DNA of 42,044 nucleotides from Hyphochytrium catenoides (Eukaryota > Protista > Hyphochytriomycota). The stretch covers positions 1-42,044 of the forward strand of contig FLMG01004602.1 of assembly GCA_900088475.1 (NCBI GenBank). Reading direction: 5' to 3'. A model generated the notes under the pieces. The model searched no databases. It saw only the letters and a list, made by a program, of their open reading frames with translations, and was not told where the DNA came from. Shown piece after piece: positions 34,476 through 42,044 of the stretch; the first letter of the stretch is position 1; each line of letters starts with the position of its first letter. Made by a program: the position numbers and the translations under genes.

Positions 34476-35487
34476 ATCTACCTATCACAGCGCCCTGACG
34501 AAGGGCTACTCAACCGAAAAGAACAATGCTGCACTCAAACCACTGGGAAGCTTCCGATCAGACGACTTCAGCTAACACTGTTTCGATGGCACCCCGCCAG
34601 CTTGTCTCAGTCCACTCTTCTATAAGTCCACCAAGGCTTCAGTGTCCAGGAAGGCCAAATGGTATTGACTCAGTTAGGAGCCAATGCAAGGAATCTGCCG
34701 GAGCTCGTTGAGGATCTGCGGCTGTCTGAGGAGCTCCAGTAAATCTCCAGCTTTTGGTGGTGGATCAGGGAACTCAGACCTCCTCCGGGACATTGTTGCT
34801 GTAGCTTTAAGCTTGTTTTCTTCGGTACTCGCCCGTCTAATCCCGATTTTGGATTACTAAGCACGGAGAGCCCTTCCTGTTGGTCGCGTTCAGTTATAGT
34901 ACAGTGCAATCACCACATTCGTAAAAGTCGGGAATATGGCAACCTCAGTTCAGTTACTTTAGGCAGCTTTACTAAAGCCGGACTAACCCGACAATGTGGT
35001 TGTTACAGCTTTGATGATAGCTTTGATGTCCGCTGCAGAGATTGAGGCCAGCACTTCTCTGAAGACCTGGACTTCTCCTATGTGCTCAGTTGTCCATAGG
35101 CGAGCAGAGAGCCTGATGAGCTTCGTTTACCTATCTCCATTGTCCTTCTGAGACCTTAGGAACCTAGTCAAGCTCCACTGTGTACAGCATCGTGGGTTAA
35201 GGCTGCTGCATTAACTTTCGGGATTGCATAGCCTGCAGAGGAAGGACTACGACGGCGGAGATCGGGGTTTGGATCGGTTAAGTGATATCTCCTTCGCTGG
35301 CACCACTCTCCTTAATGAGAGAGACAAGGTTTATTGACAGACATATAAACAGAACTAACGACAATTTTCACCTTGGGATCTATAACTTCTGGCACAAGGT
35401 ACCATCGCCCTCCAGGTTCCTAAACAACCTATACTACATGCCCCCTGAAGAGGCTATTGTCTCACCAAGACCAACGCCTCCGTGTAG

Positions 35488-36560
35488 TCAGGTGCCTGTT
35501 GCCGTCTTCCGCTTGCTTTCTTGCTCCTGTGCAGCAACTGCCTCCACAGAGGGAGCAATAACTTGGTTTAGGACCTGATCTAGAATAAACGCCGTCAGGC
35601 CCCATACGGGCTTTGGGCCATCTCGGAAGATGGGCACCGTCCCTCTAGAGCGCAATATGTGTCCGACTTGGTGATGATGTGCGTAGAAGCGGTCATGGTC
35701 CGCTACATTCTTGTTCAGCTGCTCAGCCGCTTCACAGAAGAAACTCCCTAAATAGTTGTTTCCTGGGCTGCACGAGACTCGTCTCTTGAGCCTAGAAGCG
35801 CGATCTTCGACGGCCAAGAGGTCTTCAATATGAAGCGTGAAGAGGCCCTGAACCTCGTTAGGGTTTGGCCTAAGTATTGAAAGGTCTCCAACGTCCTTTG
35901 AAATGAATCCAATGATTGGCGTCACCCACGTGCCCGTCACTGTCGACACAGAAGAATGTGACTTTTGGGTACATCATCGTAAGGAGCAAAGCAAGGAGTG
36001 TTTGAGCACAAGAATAAGGCTTACCAGCTTGGACATCGTGATAGGAGCCCAAGACGTTTATATGGCCTACTCCTCCCACCTCCTCATGCAGCTCACGAAT
36101 AGCTGTCTCTTCTGGCGTCTCTCCCTCCTCACAGTGCCCCCCAGGGAAGGATACATGTCCTTTATGAGAACCCACAGATGTAGCGCGCACCATCAGCAGG
36201 ATGCTTGCCTTTCCATGAACATGACAGAAGGGAAGCATTACAGCGGCCTTGCATGAGGTTCGCCTCTCAAAGTCCTTTCCAGAGGAGTAGACCATAGCTG
36301 CGTCATAGAACTTGTGGTTCTTTTCCAGCTTCTTTAACCTTGTAGTGACCTCTCGAAGCAAGGGAGGTGCAAATCTCGAGCCGAGTTTGGCCAAGGAGGG
36401 TGCTTTAGAGACCAGAGCAGTGCTCGCTAGCACTGTGGATACCACCCCTGCGCCGCTGGTGAGGACAGAAGAGAGGTAAAGTACCGACTTAGATGGAAAA
36501 ACTCCGGCAAGCAGGTAGATCAAGGTCACGAGATGCCGTGACTAAGGAACCTTACCTCAT
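35488..36560 (-). CDS. Nudix hydrolase, CoA-diphosphatase (NUDT7/NUDT8/PCD1) subfamily, about 295 aa
   Basis: Exons 36560-36556 (ATG AG), 36455-36025, 35939-35488. CoA-type motif LMVRATSVGSHKGHVSFPGG, Nudix box GGHCEEGETPEETAIRELHEEVG, PNPNEV, VWGLTAFIL. The basic/hydroxylated N-terminus resembles a mitochondrial presequence (NUDT8-like). Confidence 0.9.
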
Positions 36561-38807
36561 ATTAAACACCGCAATCAAAGTCCTCGGTTAGTTTTGCCAA
36601 AGCTTGCTTCTTTCGGTTGAGACCTCAAGCTTGATTGCTCTACAGTCCTGACCATTGAGATGGAACTGTGACCTTCCCCGTCTCTCGCTCAATAGAGGTT
36701 AGATCGGCGGTAATCGTTCTTGAGAAGAGCTCTCAATAGCTGCAATAGCGTCCACCGCGGCGCTTTACTGAGGTTAATGCGAGAATGGACCTGCGCTGTT
36801 CGAAAGGGCAGGGTCCAGTTGGCTGAAAGTGTGCTCCACTCTGAGCCAGGCGTCACATAGCACCTCCGCTTGACCTGGCCTCAGCTTCAAGCGCCAAAAG
36901 CCCAGCCCCAACTCCAAACAAATGCCGCAGCAGCTAGCTAGTCCTCCTTTTGAAGTCTCGAGTTAGGAACACATGCCTGCTCGCTCTCATGCCTTATCAC
37001 TGCAGGTCCAGAGGGAGAAAAAGACGAGGGGTGTCTTCTGTATAAAGAACACGCGCCCATCAACCTGTCCCTGCATCCCCAGGCCCCAGCCCCAGTCCTG
37101 CCGCTTCAACATCTATCCTCTGAGATAGGAGCGTACCTTCTAAAGATCCTTGCCGCCAGCAGCCAGGCAGCAACCTGATGACGAAGAAGCTGAAGAAGGA
37201 AAGAAGCCCAGGGTTTGGGTTGAGACTGTTCTCTCCTTTTGACTGTTCTTAGCTGCTCAAGTCACCTGATAATGTTCCGCTTATGAGGGGGCATTGTGCC
37301 ATCATACTATGGGAAGCACCACCGTCATGATCTGACCCTACGCCGGTTTGGAGGAGGGAGGCCATAAGGTGTGGCAATGCGCTCGTCTTTGTCTCTCCAT
37401 CACATGTGTTGTTGAATCCTTCTATAAGGGTCAGAAGCCCACTACATCTCTAGGTCTTTTATGCTCTGGACCTGAAAAGAGGGGCCACCCTCCTTTGATA
37501 CTTGCCGCTGACACTTTACAGCTAGGTGACCCGGATCTGAGGGTGGGCCGGCGGGCAGAAGGGCCGTTACTGTTTTATGACGATGAGGAAGCAAGTGGGA
37601 GGATGAGGAAGTGCACTTCTTCCGAGTGATCACTAATCAATGTATCAAGGATTGTCTCTCATTTTATAAAAGCACAAAGCGCCAAGCAGGCAAAGCATCT
37701 TCATAGACACCTACAGGCTCGATGTACTCTACTGCAGCTTAGGATTTAATAAGTTCTAAGTTAGGGCGACTTTTGAAGACGTCACGGAGACGAACAGTAG
37801 ACATCATCACCTTATTACCCTAGGCCCTTCTTTGCCAAAGCGACGCGCTGCCGCTACTCAGGCAGGCTGGACATCAATACATCAAAGGGCGTATTGTTGT
37901 TGCCTACTCAGGCTTGTACGTGGCGCCTTAAGAGGAAAATTGTGGCGCTGATGAGTTCCTGACATCGGAGAGTTTATTCGAACAGTAGTCGTTTCAAGCC
38001 CTCGCATATCAGAGGTGGAAGTAGGAAGACGAGAAAGAGAAAATAATCATCCTCCACTCTCGGGGGCGATGCTTTGTATGGAAAGGGGTGCGCCACAAGA
38101 AGCTCCAATTAAGGCAGGGTTTACATTAGTCGTCCGCAGAGAAAGGATGAGCATCGCTGCGTTCGATTCTTGATTTTAAGTGTATTCAAGAATATAGAGA
38201 ATGATTGACGACGGCGAGGATTATTGGAAGTCAGTCCCTACCATTGTAGGAGTAAGCAAAGGCGAAATCAGCTAAGGGGTGCTCATTAGGAGATGACCAG
38301 TGCTTGATGTCTGTTCTAACACGGTACCGACATCAGTCGCAGGACACGCCCATCATAGTGGTCCTTGTTATGGGCCTGCGGTCCTCTTTGTCCTTTTATC
38401 CTAATGCCTTCTCTTCTTTATAAATAACGTAGCTCTATGGGTGATTACAAGGCTTCCCGAGGCGCCGCTAGCGTAGATTTAGACTAATCCTTGAGAAATG
38501 TGCCTGCAATTAGCGTCCCTGCCCTGCCTGTGCATGAGTCGGAATCCAATCTTCTCAGTTGGCAAGAAGGTGGAGCTTATTTTCTCTCCTAGTGCTCCTT
38601 GCCAAGCACCACAAAGGGAAGGGCAACGGGGTCACTACCTCTCAGGACCTTGAGAGACGTATACAAACGGCAACGGCCGCAGAAACTGAATAGTGGTAGC
38701 GGGTGCTAGAGCCCTACCCTCGTTGTACGGCCGCTCCTCGGCCCCACGCAAAGGTGTCACAAATGTAGTCGAGCGATCTTTTCGCTCCTCCCGTTCTCAT
38801 ATCGTTC

Positions 38808-39869
38808 TCATATAAGCACGCAGCACTTCGTCGTTCGTTTGTCTTCTCCAGCAATGGCTGTAGCCTTAGCCTGGGACTCCTCCGCTTCTCTTAGTACCGC
38901 CTCAAGCATTATCTTGTCATTGAGCAGACTGTTCGTCTGGTCGCGACCTGCTGCCGAGGATTCTGCCACTCTGTCTAGAACTGTTAAACAGAGCCCAACA
39001 GACGGCTTTCTGATCTGTGAATCCGCCAACTTCCCCAAAATGTTCTTGGCCGCTTTCCAGGAGTTCCCAAAGTGCAAGGCGGAGCGGGTACCTTCTACCT
39101 CGCTTAGCCCATGAGGTTCCTTTTGCTGGGCATTGGGGTCATAACGAAGAGTGATAACCTTCCATCCTTCACCGTGGTCCCTGTGGTCTCGTATGGTGGC
39201 TCGTGGTACTGATGGAGCCACCGAAGGGCCGTAGACTATCGCCCGTACTACCTGGGGAAGGTGTTGCAGCGCTTCAACTAGAGGGGCACTATCTTCAAGT
39301 TTATCGTCAAATTCGAAGACAGAGTAGTCCACAATATTTGGTTTCCGAGCCGTAAGGCTAGCACACCAGCCATACTCATCACTATAGCATAAGTCTCCCA
39401 GCATCATATCCTCCTGGCTCCAAGCAGCACGGAGTGCCGCCTTTAGCTGATCAAAGCTTTCGTAACGCATCAGTCTGGCTCTAGATTCTACCTCTAGGAC
39501 GCCTCCACGGCTCATAACTAGGAGAAAGACGCGCTCTCCGTATGCCAGACTAGTAAGGGTGTACCCTTCATCCCACATCTTTCGTACAAATCGTTGGGCT
39601 TTGGTCCAGCTGCTTTCCAATGCTACCTTTTGCTGTAGACGAAGGTCCTTTGAAAACATGAGAAGCCATTTGCCCAGAGAGGGAAGGTAAGTCGTATCTT
39701 GAAGATCATAGCCTTTTGAAAACCTTTCGTTCACGGTGAAGCTAAGCTCAGGGAACCTAAGAAGTTCGACTTCCTGAATGAGCCGATAATCCTCATGTTC
39801 ATGAGAGGCTATGATCCAGGTCTTGTTTCTGCATCGGACAATGCAGCCATCTAGCGAGCCAACCACCAT
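38808..39869 (-). CDS. Intronless 353 aa repeat protein with a C-terminal CaaX box
   Basis: Uninterrupted ORF with ~45-50 aa internal repeats (e.g. RKMWDEGYTLTSLAYGERVFLLVMSRG); ends KRTTKCCVLI*. Confidence 0.85.
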   Translation of the reverse strand: MVVGSLDGCIVRCRNKTWIIASHEHEDYRLIQEVELLRFPELSFTVNERFSKGYDLQDTTYLPSLGKWLLMFSKDLRLQQKVALESSWTKAQRFVRKMWDEGYTLTSLAYGERVFLLVMSRGGVLEVESRARLMRYESFDQLKAALRAAWSQEDMMLGDLCYSDEYGWCASLTARKPNIVDYSVFEFDDKLEDSAPLVEALQHLPQVVRAIVYGPSVAPSVPRATIRDHRDHGEGWKVITLRYDPNAQQKEPHGLSEVEGTRSALHFGNSWKAAKNILGKLADSQIRKPSVGLCLTVLDRVAESSAAGRDQTNSLLNDKIMLEAVLREAEESQAKATAIAGEDKRTTKCCVLI

Positions 39870-42044
39870 ATCTCTTGCCTCTAGGCGCTGCCTTGATTCT
39901 CCGAACTAAACTGAGGTTGAGCTGCTCACCAAACTGCTGACAAGGCCCGCTGTCCACTCTTATCGAAGCTTCGCCCTCCTGAGCGCTAGTTCAGAGTCAT
40001 AGTAGCCAACTACCGGCAGATAGTAGAGCGCCATGACCTACACTTTTTACAAGGCCCACAAGCCATCCACCATGGCATGAAAGACTGAAGCGCAGACAAC
40101 AGCAGACAGATAACAGCAGACGACGCCAGCAGGACGAGGAGCCGATGGACACTTTGTCTCTTTCAAGGACGCTGCCAGTCAGGACTTCAGAATGCAGCAG
40201 GAAGAAGGTTCTTGTTTGCCTCCGATTGCGGGTAACGCAGCTGTTACCTTTTCCCCAAAGTGTAGCACCGACAAGCAAAACCTTCAGAAAAGAGGAGAAA
40301 TCGGGTATGAAAAATGGTGCCAGGAAACTAAACATCAGCCGGCTTTGCTGTCCAGCTGGTACGGCGAGAGCAATAATTTCCTAAACCTTCGCATAGTCCG
40401 GGGTGTTTCGGAGAATTTTGGAATATTTTCAAGTCCCACCACCACGCGCTCACCCACAATACTATACTATATACACTTTTAACGTTTCTGCTGCCGAAAA
40501 TAGTCCTCAAGAGTCTGTTTTAATCCGAGACTAGTTGCGGCCAAGGTTAGGAGGTCATAGGAAACTTTCTCATCACTCGATGACCAAATCCGATATTAGT
40601 GTCCTAATGATGGAAGGTCCTTTTCCATCATCTTCAAAGGAGAACGATGTGCCTGCAGCAGGTGCGACCATCAAAGAAATGGCCTTGGACTGTGCTGTGC
40701 TGTCTGATCAGCAGGAATGGCGCCCAGGATTTATAAACAAGTCTGCTGGCTCATAATGAAGGCGATCTTGCCGCTGTAACCGCCTTCCTCAGCTGGCCGT
40801 TGTTGGGCTACTGGGATCCTTGGTGGCAGCAGGATTGATGGGCCATCAAGAAGCTATCGAGGATCAGCAATGAAGAAGGTGGTAGTAGGTAGTGTGCCGC
40901 CCATCATAAGATCGAAAGAAGTAAGTAGCAAGTAGCAAGATGGTTAGTAGGCCATCATGATACGATGAGACAACAAAACTGGTATGCTAGCTGCTCTTCC
41001 ACTACGAGTATGCTGTGCAACTGCCTGTACGGAGTCCCATTGAACGTTCCGGACAACAGGAACTCAGTATCTTTGACTGGTTACCGTGTCGTTCTTAATC
41101 CGAGTTGTTTAGGGTTAGAGGAAAAATGATGACTTAATAGGAATGCTGAGGTGCCATCTTCTCACCGTGACGAAGAAGGCTTCGCTCATGGGTGCCAAGT
41201 CTAGGAAGGGCGAGACTGTCCTTACGCACATTTATTTGTCATTTGAACTTTTTCTGCATTGAGGCTTCGTTCTCCGTCACCTGTTATTCTTATTAACCTC
41301 CCCTGTATATAAGTCTAGTCTCCTTAGGAGGAGAGCGTCAAGTTGTACTATGAACGACTTGCTTAAGGTAGCATAGACAGGCATTCGCCTAGCTCTCGCC
41401 TAGCTCTGGCGACAACATATTCGCCCGATATTCGCCGATATAAGAGGTTAAATTGCCTCACTGTTGTTCCGGGCTTGCTGCAACCTGGCGACAGTAAGAT
41501 TCCTGCTGAGTCTGCACATCTTGCTAATCTTCTGGTGGTGCTGCTCCACGCCTTCATGCGCGACGAACCTTCCGGCTGTGTATGGGAGCAAGATCTGCAG
41601 ACTCAGGAAGTCCCGCTTTAATGTACAAGGCAAGCAAGCCCATACAGTGTGTGGGATCGGAGGCAGCTAGGCAGGGACGACGAGCATGCGTGAACTCGAA
41701 GTTAAACAACAGTAAATCTTCTTTGGCTAGCGAGGTACTAGGTGTAGGCTTCTCTATTCCTACATGGACCACGTTATTCCTGATCCTCTATCGGGACTCT
41801 GGACCTGACCTTGGACAGTCTGCGTGCATAATACACTGATTCAGTGAACGGATAATAGATACCGTGCTTCCTTCTCAGCAGCGTTCCTCGATCACAATCA
41901 CAGCGAAAGAAGAATAAACAGAAGCTTGCAATTGTACGAGTTCCACACCTCCCCCAGGAGCGTAGAGTCGTTACAAACCCATCTCAAAAAGTTCTGATCC
42001 TTCGGCTTCTCCTTCCTTCCTCACCTGTCCTCACGTCCCTCTTC

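Noticed and set aside
8206-36560. Metabolic gene cluster (NAD synthetase, P5CS, CoA Nudix)
   Set aside because: Unrelated housekeeping pathways interleaved with other genes, with no shared motif seen.
37176-37195. TGATGACGAAGAAGC match to the start of snoRNA copy 1
   Set aside because: Low-complexity purine-rich context, with no guide, internal boxes or terminal stem.
35114-37965. CTGATGAG motifs (near 35114 and 37948, also 6789) as hammerhead ribozymes
   Set aside because: No stem II followed by GAAA with matching stems; the 6789 copy is coding sequence.
36600-38800. Small ORFs (37348-37629, 37442-37633) in the 2.2 kb gap
   Set aside because: No motifs or supportable exon chain. Most other short ORFs in the track are antisense or intron-spanning shadows of the real genes.
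4276-39869. Alternative genetic code or stop-codon reassignment
   Set aside because: All conserved exons are stop-free once spliced, and TAA, TAG and TGA all terminate genes at expected positions.

Overview
Gene-dense, intron-rich eukaryotic nuclear DNA in the standard genetic code. It is probably a stramenopile/ochrophyte, judged only from the RPL28 insert GRTRRTGAVQFS and the fused P5CS. Exons were assembled by eye from GT/GC-AG boundaries and protein conservation. Left to right: a decayed ~2.1 kb element with ~170-190 bp terminal inverted repeats plus a 97 bp mini inverted-repeat element; a PRH/HAT3.1-like PHD-finger gene (+); glutamine-dependent NAD+ synthetase (-); mitochondrial inner-membrane peptidase IMP2 (+); RPL28 (+) with two paralogous box C/D snoRNAs in its 5'-UTR intron; an unknown multi-pass membrane protein (-); an intron-containing tRNA-Tyr(GUA); bifunctional P5CS (+) ending in -SKL; a P5A-ATPase (-); a NUDT7/8-type CoA diphosphatase (-); and an intronless repeat protein with a CaaX box (-). 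The most notable observations are: (1) a P5CS with a peroxisomal PTS1 whose codons overlap a 5' splice-site motif; (2) duplicated snoRNAs whose shared 18S guide has slid 3 nt, with a further match in the neighbouring mRNA 5'-UTR; (3) a standalone, lipid-anchored protein built from the repeat seen in the C-terminal domain of plant MUT9-like kinases; (4) a long-TIR element with no recognisable transposase. No database searches were run.
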